Origin: Bacilli bacterium
GTDB taxonomy: Bacteria; Bacillota_I; Bacilli_A; RFN20; CAG-826
Assembly (NCBI GenBank): GCA_045628045.1
Contig: JAZQOV010000002.1
Location: 1 to 64,000 of the forward strand
Direction: 5' to 3'
Length of the DNA stretch: 64,000 nucleotides
Part shown: positions 21,799-33,389 of the stretch, piece by piece
Layout of the letters: each line of letters begins with the position of its first letter
Position numbering within the stretch: the stretch's first letter is position 1
Translations under genes and position numbers: made by a program
Notes under the pieces: generated by a model
What the model was told of the DNA's origin: nothing
Seen by the model: the letters and a program-made list of their open reading frames with translations, nothing else
The model's database searches: none

Positions 21799-22500
21799 AT
21801 GGCAGAAACCAAGAAACCTGCAGCAAAGTCTGCAGCAGTCAAGAAGACTGCTACTAAAGCTCCAGTAACAAAGGCCGCTGCTCCAAAAGCAGCAGCACCT
21901 GCTACTAAAGCTCCAGCAGCTCCTAAGAAAGTTTCCAGAGGAAACAAGAAACCAGCTGCTACAACTCGCTTACAAGATAAGTACAACAACGAAATCAAGA
22001 AAGCACTCATGGAGAAGTTCCATTACTCCTCAATCATGGAATGCCCAAGACTTGAAAAAGTTGTTATCAACATCGGTGTTGGCGATGCTCTTACAGATCA
22101 CAAGGCTCTCGAAGCCTCTGTAAAAGAACTCGGTCAAATTACTGGACAACATCCAGTTACAACCAAAGCAAAGAAATCAATTGCTTCATTCAAACTCCGT
22201 GAAGGACAAGAAATCGGTTGTAAAGTTACATTACGTGGTATGCGTATGTATGAATTCATGGACCGTTTAGTCTCAATCGCACTTCCACGTGTTAGAGACT
22301 TCCGTGGTGTAAGTAAGAACTCCTTTGATGGCCATGGTAACTATACCTTAGGTATCAAGGAACAACTTATCTTCCCAGAAATTGACTACGATAAGGTCAG
22401 CAAAATTAGAGGAATGGACATCGTAATCGTCACAACTGCAAAGAAAGACGATGAAGCTTATGCTTTACTTGAAGCATTAGGAATGCCATTCCACAAATAA
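21799..22500 (+). CDS. rplE: 50S ribosomal protein L5 with ~55 aa Ala/Lys/Pro N-terminal extension
   Basis: [20 protein letters not shown] and LPRVRDFRG motifs. Confidence 0.98.
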   Translation: MAETKKPAAKSAAVKKTATKAPVTKAAAPKAAAPATKAPAAPKKVSRGNKKPAATTRLQDKYNNEIKKALMEKFHYSSIMECPRLEKVVINIGVGDALTDHKALEASVKELGQITGQHPVTTKAKKSIASFKLREGQEIGCKVTLRGMRMYEFMDRLVSIALPRVRDFRGVSKNSFDGHGNYTLGIKEQLIFPEIDYDKVSKIRGMDIVIVTTAKKDDEAYALLEALGMPFHK

Positions 22501-22518
22501 TAAGGAGGACGAATCAAA

Positions 22519-22704
22519 ATGGCAAAAACCAGTATGAAGGTCAAATGTGCAAGACCTCAAAAATTCAAAGTTCGTGAATATACTCGTTGTGAACGTTGTG
22601 GACGTCCTCACTCAGTTTATTCAAAATTCCATTTATGCCGTGTTTGCTTAAGAGAATTAGCATACAAAGGTGAAATTCCAGGCATGAAGAAATCAAGTTG
22701 GTAA
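22519..22704 (+). CDS. rpsN: 30S ribosomal protein S14, type Z (zinc-binding)
   Basis: 61 aa; RCERCGR...LCRVCLRE. Confidence 0.97.
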   Translation: MAKTSMKVKCARPQKFKVREYTRCERCGRPHSVYSKFHLCRVCLRELAYKGEIPGMKKSSW

Positions 22705-22724
22705 TGTAAGGAGGAAAAATACAT

Positions 22725-23117
22725 ATGATGACAGATCCAATTGCAGATATGCTCACCCGTATTCGTAACGCAAACGCATTACGCTATGCCTCCGTGAACA
22801 TGCCATCTAGCAAAATGAAAGTTGAAATCGCAAAGATTCTTCTTGAAGAAGGATTCATCTCCGAATTCAAAGTTGAAGGCGATGTCAAAAAAGAATTAAA
22901 AATCACACTTAAGTATGGTGCAAATGGCCAAAGAGTTATCTCTGGCTTAAAGAAAATTTCTAAACCAGGCTTACGCATTACTGCAGCAAGCGACAAACTT
23001 CCAAAAGTTTTAAATGGTTTAGGAATCGCCATCATCTCTACAAGCAAAGGAGTCGTAAGCGACAAAGCAGCACGCGCATTAGGCGTTGGCGGTGAAGTCT
23101 TAGCTTACGTTTGGTAA
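22725..23117 (+). CDS. rpsH: 30S ribosomal protein S8
   Basis: [20 protein letters not shown] and GGEVL motifs. Confidence 0.99.
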   Translation: MMTDPIADMLTRIRNANALRYASVNMPSSKMKVEIAKILLEEGFISEFKVEGDVKKELKITLKYGANGQRVISGLKKISKPGLRITAASDKLPKVLNGLGIAIISTSKGVVSDKAARALGVGGEVLAYVW

Positions 23118-23122
23118 TCGTT

Positions 23123-23683
23123 ATGTCACGTATTGGTTTAAAGGTTATCAATCTCCCAGCAGGAGTCACCGTTACACAAGCTAATGGTATCGCAACAGTC
23201 ACTGGTCCAAAAGGATCACTCACAGTTGCAGTTCCAAGTGTTATCACCGTTAAGGTTGAAGGAACAGAAATTCATTGCTCAAGAGCAAATGAAGAAAAAC
23301 ACACAAAACAATTACACGGTACAGTTCGTGCTAACTTAGCAGATGCTGTTATCGGTGTTACAACAGGTTTCAAGAAAGAACTTGAAATCGTTGGTATTGG
23401 TTATAGAGCATCCATGAGAGGAAGCGACATCGTTATGAACGTTGGTTATTCTCATGAAATCGTTATTAAACCAGAACCAACTGTTAAAATCTCATGCACT
23501 GATGCAAATAACATCGTTGTTGAAGGTTTATCAAAACAAGCAGTTGGTCAAACAGCAGCACTTATTCGTGGTACAAGAGAACCAGAACCATACAATGGTA
23601 AAGGTGTCATGTACAAAGGCGAACACATTATCCGTAAGGAAGGTAAACGTGCTGCAGCTGCAGCTGGACCAGCAGCTAAATAG
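23123..23683 (+). CDS. rplF: 50S ribosomal protein L6
   Basis: MSRIG, GPKG, GYRA and PEPYNGKG motifs. Confidence 0.98.
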   Translation: MSRIGLKVINLPAGVTVTQANGIATVTGPKGSLTVAVPSVITVKVEGTEIHCSRANEEKHTKQLHGTVRANLADAVIGVTTGFKKELEIVGIGYRASMRGSDIVMNVGYSHEIVIKPEPTVKISCTDANNIVVEGLSKQAVGQTAALIRGTREPEPYNGKGVMYKGEHIIRKEGKRAAAAAGPAAK

Positions 23684-23699
23684 TTAAGGAGGATTAGTT

Positions 23700-24056
23700 A
23701 TGATAGCAAAAGAATCTAAAAATTCTATCCGTGTTAGAAAACACGCACGTGTCAGAGCTAAGATCTCTGGTACTAAAGAATGTCCACGCTTATGCGTTTT
23801 CCGTTCAAACAAGCACATTGAAGCACAAATTATTGATGATGTCGCAGGTAAAACACTTTGCGCAGCATCAAGTGTTGCAATGAAACTTGAAAATGGCAGC
23901 AACGTAGAAGCAGCTAAGAAAGTCGGCGCTGCAATCGCAGAAGCCGCAAAAGCTAAAAAGATTAAAGAAGTCGTCTTTGACCGTGGTGGTTATGTCTACC
24001 ATGGTAGAGTTGCAGCTTTAGCAGATGCAGCTCGTGAAGGCGGACTTAAGTTCTAA
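23700..24056 (+). CDS. rplR: 50S ribosomal protein L18
   Basis: PRL.VFRSN and [12 protein letters not shown] motifs. Confidence 0.98.
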   Translation: MIAKESKNSIRVRKHARVRAKISGTKECPRLCVFRSNKHIEAQIIDDVAGKTLCAASSVAMKLENGSNVEAAKKVGAAIAEAAKAKKIKEVVFDRGGYVYHGRVAALADAAREGGLKF

Positions 24057-24067
24057 GGAGAAAAACT

Positions 24068-24712
24068 ATGGAAGAAGAATTAAAACAAGAAGCTACTCCA
24101 GTAGTAGCAGATAAAGCACCAGAAGTTGCTCCTAAAGAAGATCGTCCACATGGTGATCGCCCACACGGAAACCGTCCACATGGTGATAGACCACATGGAA
24201 AAGGCCCACATGGTGATCATGGACGTCGCCCAAGAGCAGAAGAACCAAAAGAATACGAAGAAACCGTTGTCGAAATTAACAGAATTGCTAAGACCGTCAA
24301 AGGTGGTCGTAGAATGCGTTTCGCTGCTTTAGTCGTTATCGGAAACAAAAAAGGTAAATATGGATTCGGAACAGGTAAGGCTGCTGAAGTTCCAGATGCA
24401 ATTAAGAAAGCTCTTGAAGCTGCAAAAAGAAATACTTTCGAACTCCACATCGTCAAAGGTGGAACACTTGCTCATGAAATCATTGGTAAGTTTGGAGCAT
24501 GCCAAGTATTCTTAAAACCAGCTCCAGAAGGTACTGGTATTATTGCCGGTGGCCCAGTCAGAGCTATCTTAGAGCTTGCAGGTGTCCGTAACGTCACATC
24601 CAAAGTTTATGGATCACGTGCACCAATTAACATTATTCGTGCAACTACAAATGGTTTAACAAATCTTAAATCATATAAACAAGTCCAAGCACTTCGTGCT
24701 AAAGCCGAATAA
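24068..24712 (+). CDS. rpsE: 30S ribosomal protein S5 with N-terminal extension containing His-rich repeats
   Basis: [11 protein letters not shown] and [16 protein letters not shown] motifs. Confidence 0.98.
   Translation: MEEELKQEATPVVADKAPEVAPKEDRPHGDRPHGNRPHGDRPHGKGPHGDHGRRPRAEEPKEYEETVVEINRIAKTVKGGRRMRFAALVVIGNKKGKYGFGTGKAAEVPDAIKKALEAAKRNTFELHIVKGGTLAHEIIGKFGACQVFLKPAPEGTGIIAGGPVRAILELAGVRNVTSKVYGSRAPINIIRATTNGLTNLKSYKQVQALRAKAE
24140..24223 (+). repeat. 15-bp tandem repeat (x5 plus partial) encoding (D/N)RPHG in rpsE
   Basis: gatcgtccacatggt / gatcgcccacacgga / aaccgtccacatggt / gatagaccacatgga / aaaggcccacatggt. Confidence 0.85.
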
Positions 24713-24726
24713 GGAGGAATTTAGTC

Positions 24727-25167
24727 ATGAAACTTAATGAACTCAAAAATGTTAAAGGCGCAAAAACCGAAAGCTTCAAAAAAGGAAGAGGCCTTGGTTC
24801 AGGAAACGGTAAAAACTGTGGTACTGGTAACAAAGGTCAAAAATCTAGATCTGGTGGCTTAAAAGCTCCTGGATTCGAAGGTGGTCAAACTCCTTTATAT
24901 AGAAGACTTCCAAAATTTGGTTTTACCAATAACGCTCACAAGGAATACGCAATTGTTAACGTATCCCAATTAAATTCTTTCAAAGAAGGTACAGTGGTTA
25001 CCCCAGCTTTATTGATTGAAGCTGGCCTCGTTAAGAAAGAATTTGATGGCGTTAAAGTACTCGGAAATGGAGAATTAACTGTTAAACTTACAGTCAAAGC
25101 CAATAAATTCTCAAAGACAGCTAAAGCTGCAATTGAAAAAGTTGGCGGCAAAGCCGAGGAGATCTAA
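24727..25167 (+). CDS. rplO: 50S ribosomal protein L15
   Basis: GRG.GSG.GK and [15 protein letters not shown] motifs. Confidence 0.98.
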   Translation: MKLNELKNVKGAKTESFKKGRGLGSGNGKNCGTGNKGQKSRSGGLKAPGFEGGQTPLYRRLPKFGFTNNAHKEYAIVNVSQLNSFKEGTVVTPALLIEAGLVKKEFDGVKVLGNGELTVKLTVKANKFSKTAKAAIEKVGGKAEEI

Positions 25168-25169
25168 GC

Positions 25170-27196
<2,027 letters not shown>

Positions 27197-27199
27197 ATC

Positions 27200-27949
27200 T
27201 TGATTATTATCAAATCGCCTCGCGAAATTGAGTTAATGAAAAAAGCTGGACGAGTTGTCGCCTTGGTCTTCGAAGGCATTAAAGACAAAATCGTTCCAGG
27301 CATTTCAACTCAAGATGTCGCAGATATGTGTGAAGACATCATCCGTAAGGAAGGTGCCTATCCTACATTTCTAAATTACTCTGGCTATCCAGGCGCAGTC
27401 TGTGTCTCAATTAACGATGAAATCGTCCATGGTATTCCTTCTAAGAAGAGAATACTAAAAGATGGTGACATCGTCTCCGTAGATGTAGGCGCAACGCTAA
27501 ATGGATACGTTGGAGACGCGTGTAGAACCTATCCTGTAGGAATCTGCCGCGAAAACGCATTACGCCTAATCAAAGTTACCGAAGAAAGTTTCTTTGAAGG
27601 CGTAAAGCACGCCCGTCCAGGTGTTCATCTAGGCGAGATTAGCCACGCGATTCAAACTTATTGTGAATCAAATGGTTATTCTATGGTTAGAGAATACACA
27701 GGACATGGAGTTGGTGCTTCATTACATGAAGACCCATACATTCCAAATTATGGACCAGTTGATTCAGGTCCAATCCTCAAAGAGGGAATGTGCCTTGCAA
27801 TCGAGCCTATGGTTTGCGAGGGACACTTCGCAGTTCGCATCATGAAGGATGGTTGGACTGCAAAAACAAGAGATGGCAAATTATCTAGCCATTACGAAAA
27901 TTCCATAGTCATCACTAAAGATGGTTATGAAATCCTAACCAAAATTTAA
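27200..27949 (+). CDS. map: Type I methionyl aminopeptidase
   Basis: SINDEIVHGIP, GHGVG..LHEDP, AIEPM and SSHYE motifs; TTG start. Confidence 0.97.
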   Translation: MIIIKSPREIELMKKAGRVVALVFEGIKDKIVPGISTQDVADMCEDIIRKEGAYPTFLNYSGYPGAVCVSINDEIVHGIPSKKRILKDGDIVSVDVGATLNGYVGDACRTYPVGICRENALRLIKVTEESFFEGVKHARPGVHLGEISHAIQTYCESNGYSMVREYTGHGVGASLHEDPYIPNYGPVDSGPILKEGMCLAIEPMVCEGHFAVRIMKDGWTAKTRDGKLSSHYENSIVITKDGYEILTKI

Positions 27950-27964
27950 GGAGGAACAATCTTA

Positions 27965-28186
27965 ATGGCAAAAGATGGAGTCATCGAGGTGGAAGCGACA
28001 GTCGTTGAAACATTGCCTAACACTATGTTTAGGGTAAAGCTTGAAAACGGCATTGAAATTCTAGCCCACGTTTCTGGTAAAATCCGCATGCATTACATCC
28101 GCATCTTACCAGGCGATAGAGTTACAGTCGAAATGTCACCTTACGATCTAACACGTGGGCGTATCACATATCGATACAAAAACTAA
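27965..28186 (+). CDS. infA: Translation initiation factor IF-1
   Basis: LPN.MFRV and [16 protein letters not shown] motifs. Confidence 0.99.
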   Translation: MAKDGVIEVEATVVETLPNTMFRVKLENGIEILAHVSGKIRMHYIRILPGDRVTVEMSPYDLTRGRITYRYKN

Positions 28187-28221
28187 AAGTAGCAAAGGCT
28201 ACAGAAGGAGAAATTACTTAA

Positions 28222-28335
28222 ATGAAAGTAAGACCATCAGTAAAACCTATTTGCGAAAAGTGCAGAGTTATCAAACGTCATGGCAAAGTCATGGTCATTT
28301 GTGAAAACCCAAAGCACAAACAACGCCAAGGTTAA
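28222..28335 (+). CDS. rpmJ: 50S ribosomal protein L36 (below the ORF-track length cutoff)
   Basis: Translated by hand: [37 protein letters not shown]; AAGGAG RBS. Confidence 0.98.
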   Translation: MKVRPSVKPICEKCRVIKRHGKVMVICENPKHKQRQG

Positions 28336-28354
28336 TTATTAGGAGGAAAAATTC

Positions 28355-28732
28355 ATGGCACGTATTGTCGGGGTTGATATCCCTAATGAAAAAAGAGTCG
28401 TTGCATCACTTCAATACATTTATGGCATTGGTGAAACAACCGCTCACAAAATTTGTAAAGGTGCAAAAGTAAGTGAAGATATTCGCGTTAAAGATCTCAC
28501 CGAAGAACAATTAGCAGCTTTACGTAATGAAATCTCAAAATTCAAAGTTGAAGGTGATCTCAGAAGAGAAGTCGCCCTTAACATTAAACGTTTAGGCGAA
28601 ATCGGTTGCTACCGTGGAATGAGACATAGACACGGTCTTCCAGTTCGTGGACAACGTACAAGAACAAACGCACGTACCCGTAAAGGTAAACGTAAAACAA
28701 TTGCGAATAAGAAAGTCGCATCACAAGGATAA
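28355..28732 (+). CDS. rpsM: 30S ribosomal protein S13
   Basis: MARI.GVD, IYGIG and [17 protein letters not shown] motifs. Confidence 0.99.
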   Translation: MARIVGVDIPNEKRVVASLQYIYGIGETTAHKICKGAKVSEDIRVKDLTEEQLAALRNEISKFKVEGDLRREVALNIKRLGEIGCYRGMRHRHGLPVRGQRTRTNARTRKGKRKTIANKKVASQG

Positions 28733-28750
28733 TGAAAGGAGTTATGTAAA

Positions 28751-29140
28751 ATGGCTACAAAAACAACCACACGTAAAAGAAAAGTCAAACGTTCATTTAC
28801 TAAAGGTGTCGCACATATTCATAGCACCTTTAATAACACAATCGTCACAATTGCTGACGAAGCAGGTAACGTCATTTCTTGGTCAAGTGCAGGCGCATTA
28901 GGCTTCAAGGGTGCTAAAAAATCAACACCATTTGCAGCTCAACTCGCAGGCGAAGCAGCAGCAAAAGTTGCTTATGATCAAGGTTTACGTTCAGTCGATG
29001 TTGATGTCAAAGGTCCAGGTTCAGGACGTGAAGGTGCAGTTCGTGCACTCGCAAACGCTGGCTTAACCGTTACATCAATCACAGATTCAACACCAGTACC
29101 ACATAATGGATGCCGCCCACCAAAGCGCCCACGTGGTTAG
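28751..29140 (+). CDS. rpsK: 30S ribosomal protein S11
   Basis: [17 protein letters not shown] and PHNGCRPPK motifs. Confidence 0.99.
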   Translation: MATKTTTRKRKVKRSFTKGVAHIHSTFNNTIVTIADEAGNVISWSSAGALGFKGAKKSTPFAAQLAGEAAAKVAYDQGLRSVDVDVKGPGSGREGAVRALANAGLTVTSITDSTPVPHNGCRPPKRPRG

Positions 29141-29159
29141 TAATTAGGAGGAAATCAAA

Positions 29160-30146
29160 ATGGCAAATCTTGCAAAACCATTTGAACGTTCAGCATTCAA
29201 AGTTGCTCAAATTGATGCTTCCGATAATTATGGTAAATTCGTTATTGAACCTCTAGAAAGAGGTTATGGATTAACAATCGGTAACTCTCTTCGTAGAATC
29301 CTTCTTTCAAGCCTCCCAGGCGCAAGCGTCTGTGGCGTTGAAATTGAAGGTGCCCAACATGAATTCAGTGCCCTTAAAGGCATTGAAGAAGATGTCACTT
29401 CAATTATTCTTAATTTAAGAGACATTATTTGGACTATCGAAGACGAAGAAAAAGAAGACAAGAAAGTTACAATTTCTGTCAAAGGACCAAAAGTCGTTAA
29501 GGCAAGTGATTTAGAACTTCCAGCCTTCGTTAAGATCGTTAATCCAGATGTCGAAATTGCTCATGTTACAGCAAGTGGCACACTCACTATGAACGTTTAT
29601 GTTCGTAGAGGACGTGGCTACATGACCGCTGAAAATAACAAACAAATTAAAGGCAAAATCGATGTCACACAACTTGGTTATATTGTTACTGACTCAAATT
29701 ACTCACCAGTCACACGTGCAGCCTACGCTGTAGAGCCAGCCCGTGTTGGTCATGATTCAAGATTTGATAAGTTAACACTTGAAGTTTGGACAAATGGATC
29801 TATTCTTCCACAAAAAGCAGTTGCTTTAGCAGCAGAAATGCTTGTCACAAACTTAATGCCATTCGTCGAACTTGAAAAAGCTGTTGAAGAAATCAACATG
29901 ATCAAGGAAGAAGAAAAGGTTGAAGAAAACAAGTTTGAAGTTATGCCAATTGAAGAACTTGATCTCTCTGTTCGTAGCTACAACTGCTTAAAGAGAGCCG
30001 CAATTTCAACAGTTGCAGAACTTACTCAAAAAACAGAAGAAGAAATGATGAAGGTTAGAAACCTTGGTAAGAAATCCCTTAAAGAAGTTAAGGAAAAACT
30101 TGCTGAGAATGGCCTCTCATTCCGTGAAATTGCACCAGGAGAATAA
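29160..30146 (+). CDS. rpoA: RNA polymerase alpha subunit
   Basis: EPLERGYG.TIGNSLRRILLSS and LSVRSYNCLKRA motifs. Confidence 0.99.
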   Translation: MANLAKPFERSAFKVAQIDASDNYGKFVIEPLERGYGLTIGNSLRRILLSSLPGASVCGVEIEGAQHEFSALKGIEEDVTSIILNLRDIIWTIEDEEKEDKKVTISVKGPKVVKASDLELPAFVKIVNPDVEIAHVTASGTLTMNVYVRRGRGYMTAENNKQIKGKIDVTQLGYIVTDSNYSPVTRAAYAVEPARVGHDSRFDKLTLEVWTNGSILPQKAVALAAEMLVTNLMPFVELEKAVEEINMIKEEEKVEENKFEVMPIEELDLSVRSYNCLKRAAISTVAELTQKTEEEMMKVRNLGKKSLKEVKEKLAENGLSFREIAPGE

Positions 30147-30148
30147 TT

Positions 30149-30529
30149 ATGGCAGCACAAGGTAGAAAAAACGTACATGGTAAGACTGGCGTCAGATTCA
30201 AAGCAGCCTATACCAAACAAAAATATGAAAATATGCTTCGTAATGTCGTCACTGACTTAGTCATGCACGATAGAGTAACCGTAACTTCTGGCGTTGCTAA
30301 AGATCTCAAATCCTTAGCAGACCACTTAGTTACCTTAGGTAAACGTGGCGATTTACATGCTCGTAGACAAGCCGCAGCAGTCTTAAGAAGCGGTGAAGCA
30401 GTTACTAAATTATTTAGTGAACTTGCTCCAGCAATGAAAGACCGCAAAGGCGGATACACTCGCGCAATTAAAGCTGGTGTACGTCTCGGCGACAATGCTC
30501 GAAAGATCATTGTTGAATTTGTTAAATAA
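30149..30529 (+). CDS. rplQ: 50S ribosomal protein L17 (divergent N-terminus)
   Basis: LVTLGKRGDLHARRQAA, R.GGYTR and R.GDNA motifs. Confidence 0.96.
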   Translation: MAAQGRKNVHGKTGVRFKAAYTKQKYENMLRNVVTDLVMHDRVTVTSGVAKDLKSLADHLVTLGKRGDLHARRQAAAVLRSGEAVTKLFSELAPAMKDRKGGYTRAIKAGVRLGDNARKIIVEFVK

Positions 30530-30544
30530 TTAACAATTTCTAAA

Positions 30545-30575
30545 AACAAGGGGGAACTTCGGTTCCTCTTTTTTC
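30545..30575 (+). terminator. rplQ operon terminator (repeat copy 1)
   Basis: AAGGGGGAAC-TTCG-GTTCCTCTT plus T-run. Confidence 0.88.
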
Positions 30576-30732
30576 TTTTTTAAAATTGCTTTTTTATAAT
30601 TGTTGAATAACATAGTTAATTTTCTATTATTAAAAATTTATTAACACAAATTGCTTTTTTACTCGTATTTAGTAAGTAGAGAGGAGCAAAATTTTTGAAT
30701 TGAAATAATTACAAAATAATTATATAATCATT

Positions 30733-31017
30733 ATGCTTAAATTTGAATGGAATGAAATAAAAAATATACTCAACAAAAAGAAACACGGCTTATCCTTTGA
30801 TGATGCTCTTTATATGTTTTATGATGACAATGCATTATTGCTGTATGACAAAAACCATAGTAATGACGAAGATAGATTCTTCCAAATTGGAATGATTAGA
30901 TCTTTAAATATAGTTTGTGTTGTATTTTGTGTAAGAGAAGAAGAAACAATTAGAATAATATCTGCTAGATTTGCAACAAATAAGGAGAAAAATGAATATG
31001 AAAGAAAAAGAGTTTAA
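30733..31017 (+). CDS. brnT: BrnT family type II toxin
   Basis: FEWNE.KN..N.KKHGLSF, HS..EDRF..IG and IRIISAR motifs. Confidence 0.92.
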   Translation: MLKFEWNEIKNILNKKKHGLSFDDALYMFYDDNALLLYDKNHSNDEDRFFQIGMIRSLNIVCVVFCVREEETIRIISARFATNKEKNEYERKRV

Positions 31018-31243
31018 TGAAATGGAATACGATATTCCGGAAGAAATCGATTTTAAGGACGCTGTTAAGAGTCCATATTCAAAGTTATTAAAACAACAAA
31101 TAACCATTAATCTTTCAAAAGAAGTCATTGATTACTTTAAGAGTGAATCTAAAGAAGTTGGTATTCCTTATCAAACTTTAATTAATCTATATTTAATGGA
31201 ATGTGCAAAAAAGAATTTAAAATTAAACATAAATTGGAAATAG
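30992..31243 (+). CDS. BrnA-type (CopG/RHH-like) antitoxin
   Basis: EIDF..A.KSPY...KQQITINL....IDYFK......GIPYQTLIN; overlaps brnT; start could be 30998. Confidence 0.85.
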   Translation: MNMKEKEFNEMEYDIPEEIDFKDAVKSPYSKLLKQQITINLSKEVIDYFKSESKEVGIPYQTLINLYLMECAKKNLKLNINWK

Positions 31244-31315
31244 TTCACTAATATAAAAATACATGTGAAAAATTATTCACTTACAGAAAATGAGAAATTT
31301 CATATAATAGTGCTG

Positions 31316-31888
31316 ATGAAAAAATTCCAGGATCAATTACGTGAATTAAGAATGAAATCTGGCCTTTCTCAATCAGAATTGGCGAATAAAATTTTTGTGT
31401 CACGCACGCTCATAACAAAATATGAATGTGGCAAAGCAAAACCATCAAAAGAAAATATTGAAAAATTAGCATTGTTTTTCAATGTAAAACTGAGCTATTT
31501 TGAAGATGTTATTATTCAGAACGATAAAATATCTAAAAAGATAAATCTTGTTTTTTGTTCAATTATTTTCCTATTATTTTTGTCATTTTTATTGTTCGTA
31601 AGTCTTCCTTATATTTCCTACAATACTTTTAATTCTCATAAAATTTCTAATCCAACTTTATTTTGGTCAGGATTAGAAATAACCTTGTATTATAAAAATT
31701 ATTTTATTTTAATCACCCTTGCCACTCTGTTAAGCAGTGTTGTTTTGTCTATACTAAGCTTAGTAAAACCAGATAAAATTTGGTATAGATATATAAACTA
31801 CGCTTTGTTCATTATAAATATTCTTTTAGTGATTTTTTCAGTCATGTGTGTTATTAGTTATTCAGAAAGCGGATATTTTTTACAATAG
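31316..31888 (+). CDS. XRE-family HTH regulator with C-terminal transmembrane helices
   Basis: LRELRMKSGLSQSELA...YECG...P HTH followed by about 3 hydrophobic segments. Confidence 0.8.
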   Translation: MKKFQDQLRELRMKSGLSQSELANKIFVSRTLITKYECGKAKPSKENIEKLALFFNVKLSYFEDVIIQNDKISKKINLVFCSIIFLLFLSFLLFVSLPYISYNTFNSHKISNPTLFWSGLEITLYYKNYFILITLATLLSSVVLSILSLVKPDKIWYRYINYALFIINILLVIFSVMCVISYSESGYFLQ

Positions 31889-31896
31889 GAGATTGC

Positions 31897-32481
31897 ATGA
31901 AATTTAGATTAGGTAGATTTATGTTATTGTGTCCTCTACTTCGCTCTTGCGAGAATATTTTTTATGCAAAATATGGGCCATTAACATCTAAGATAAATCA
32001 TTATGAAACTTATAATGAACTAATTTCTCATTTTTATGGTGTTTTAGATAAAAATATCCACGAAAACCGCGATTTTTATATTCCAAATTTATTATTTGAC
32101 AATCATAAAATAGATTATTTTGTAGGTGGAATCGATTATTCTTATTTACATTTAAAAGATTATGAAAAGCACAAAGAAGAAAATTCCGACTATCTTTCTC
32201 TAAAAGGAGTTTTTTATGAATTGAGAAATGATAGTGATTTAATAGTTACATTGGTATTTAAAAACTGCATTAATTTTGAAAAAGATAAAATCTATTGGAC
32301 AGACGAAAAACTATATTACAATGGGACATACGAAAAAAATGCTCTAGTAAGTACTTCTAATTACCTTCTTTATGGAAGTGAACAAATCCTTTGCTTAAAA
32401 TTTAATACTGAATCCGTTACTGAAGAAACTGTTGAGTTCTACAAGAATCAGATTTATTCTCAAATAGCCAACAATTTCTAA
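31897..32481 (+). CDS. Hypothetical protein, possibly a lipoprotein
   Basis: AGGAG RBS; degenerate LLRSC lipobox-like signal; no family recognised. Confidence 0.55.
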   Translation: MKFRLGRFMLLCPLLRSCENIFYAKYGPLTSKINHYETYNELISHFYGVLDKNIHENRDFYIPNLLFDNHKIDYFVGGIDYSYLHLKDYEKHKEENSDYLSLKGVFYELRNDSDLIVTLVFKNCINFEKDKIYWTDEKLYYNGTYEKNALVSTSNYLLYGSEQILCLKFNTESVTEETVEFYKNQIYSQIANNF

Positions 32482-32510
32482 AATAAAGGAGAACTTTCTC
32501 TTTTCTTTAA
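32470..32510 (+). repeat. Decayed copy (copy 2) of the rplQ 3' UTR/terminator
   Basis: AACAATTTCTAAAA identical to 30532-30545, then AAGGAGAACTT..TCTCTTTT with an internal deletion. Confidence 0.65.
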
Positions 32511-32600
32511 TTATAAATCGTACGAAATTTTTAAATTTATCGTACAAAATATTTGAAATTATCATACTTTTTCTTTATAATATTTTTGAGGTATATAAAT

Positions 32601-32825
32601 ATGTGCACAATTACAGCGACAGAACTAAAAGAAAATCTTGGTAAATATTTACTTAAAGCAACCAAAGAAGAAATTTTAATAACTAAAAATGGAAAGCCAT
32701 TTATTAGACTTTGCAGTGTAAAATCTGAAACTTTAGATGATTTTTTCAAAGATATGGAAAACTTAATTAACCCAGATGACGTTGACTTAAAGGACCCTAA
32801 AATTGCAGGGATGTTAGGTTTATAA
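32601..32825 (+). CDS. Type II antitoxin, Phd/YefM family
   Basis: ITATELKENLGKYL....KEEILITKNGK; GAGGT RBS before ATG 32601. Confidence 0.88.
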   Translation: MCTITATELKENLGKYLLKATKEEILITKNGKPFIRLCSVKSETLDDFFKDMENLINPDDVDLKDPKIAGMLGL

Positions 32826-33226
32826 TGAGATTGCTATTAGATACAAATATTATTTTAGATTTGATTTATACTAGAAAAGAATCAAGCAAAGATGTTTTTA
32901 GAGTTGCCAAAAATAATTTAGACGAAATTTACATTTGTTCGTATACCTTAAAAGATATTGCATATTTTCTCAAGAAGACAATGCATGACAATAACAAAGT
33001 AAATAATGCTCTTATCAAAATATATTCAAATATTTCTAAAATTGTGGGAGTAAACTCTGATGATGCTATTGAAGCATTATACTTAGATGGAGATTATGAA
33101 GATAATGTTATGATAGAAGTGTCAAAAACAGCAATGTGTGATGCAATAATCACAAACAATAAAAAGCACTTTATTAATAAAGAGGTTGTAATCTTAACTC
33201 CAGAAGAATATTTAAAGGTGCGTTAA
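32825..33226 (+). CDS. PIN-domain toxin (VapC-like)
   Basis: LLLDTNIILD, DYED, CDAIIT.N.KHF and TPEE motifs; TAATG coupling. Confidence 0.88.
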   Translation: MRLLLDTNIILDLIYTRKESSKDVFRVAKNNLDEIYICSYTLKDIAYFLKKTMHDNNKVNNALIKIYSNISKIVGVNSDDAIEALYLDGDYEDNVMIEVSKTAMCDAIITNNKKHFINKEVVILTPEEYLKVR

Positions 33227-33270
33227 TGAGATTAGATAAGTATTTAGCAAATTCAGGAGTTGGTTCACGC
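33226..33270 (+). pseudogene. 5' remnant (15 codons) of a diverged rsuA allele
   Basis: MRLDKYLANSGVGSR vs MRLDKYLANSGIGSR at 34227; 38 of the first 41 nt identical, then homology stops. Confidence 0.85.
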
Positions 33271-33298
33271 TTAGAAACAAATAATTTAAAATATGCAG

Positions 33299-33331
33299 AA
33301 CAAAGGGGAACTTTGGTTCCTCTTTCCTTTT
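33299..33331 (+). terminator. Copy 3 of the rplQ terminator
   Basis: AACAAAGGGGAACTTTGGTTCCTCTTT, 25/27 identical to 30545-30571. Confidence 0.8.
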
Positions 33332-33339
33332 TAAAAAAG

Positions 33340-33361
33340 TGTATGGACAAATGTATGGACA
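33340..33361 (+). promoter_or_regulatory. Direct-repeat operator upstream of the MNT-HEPN operon
   Basis: TGTATGGACA x2 (33340-33349, 33352-33361) just upstream of TATAAT. Confidence 0.55.
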
Positions 33362-33389
33362 TTTTTTATAATTTAACTGAGGAAAAATT

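Noticed and set aside
31897-31925. Possible further rsuA scar (AGATTAG at the start of the 31897 ORF)
   Set aside because: Match is too short to separate from chance
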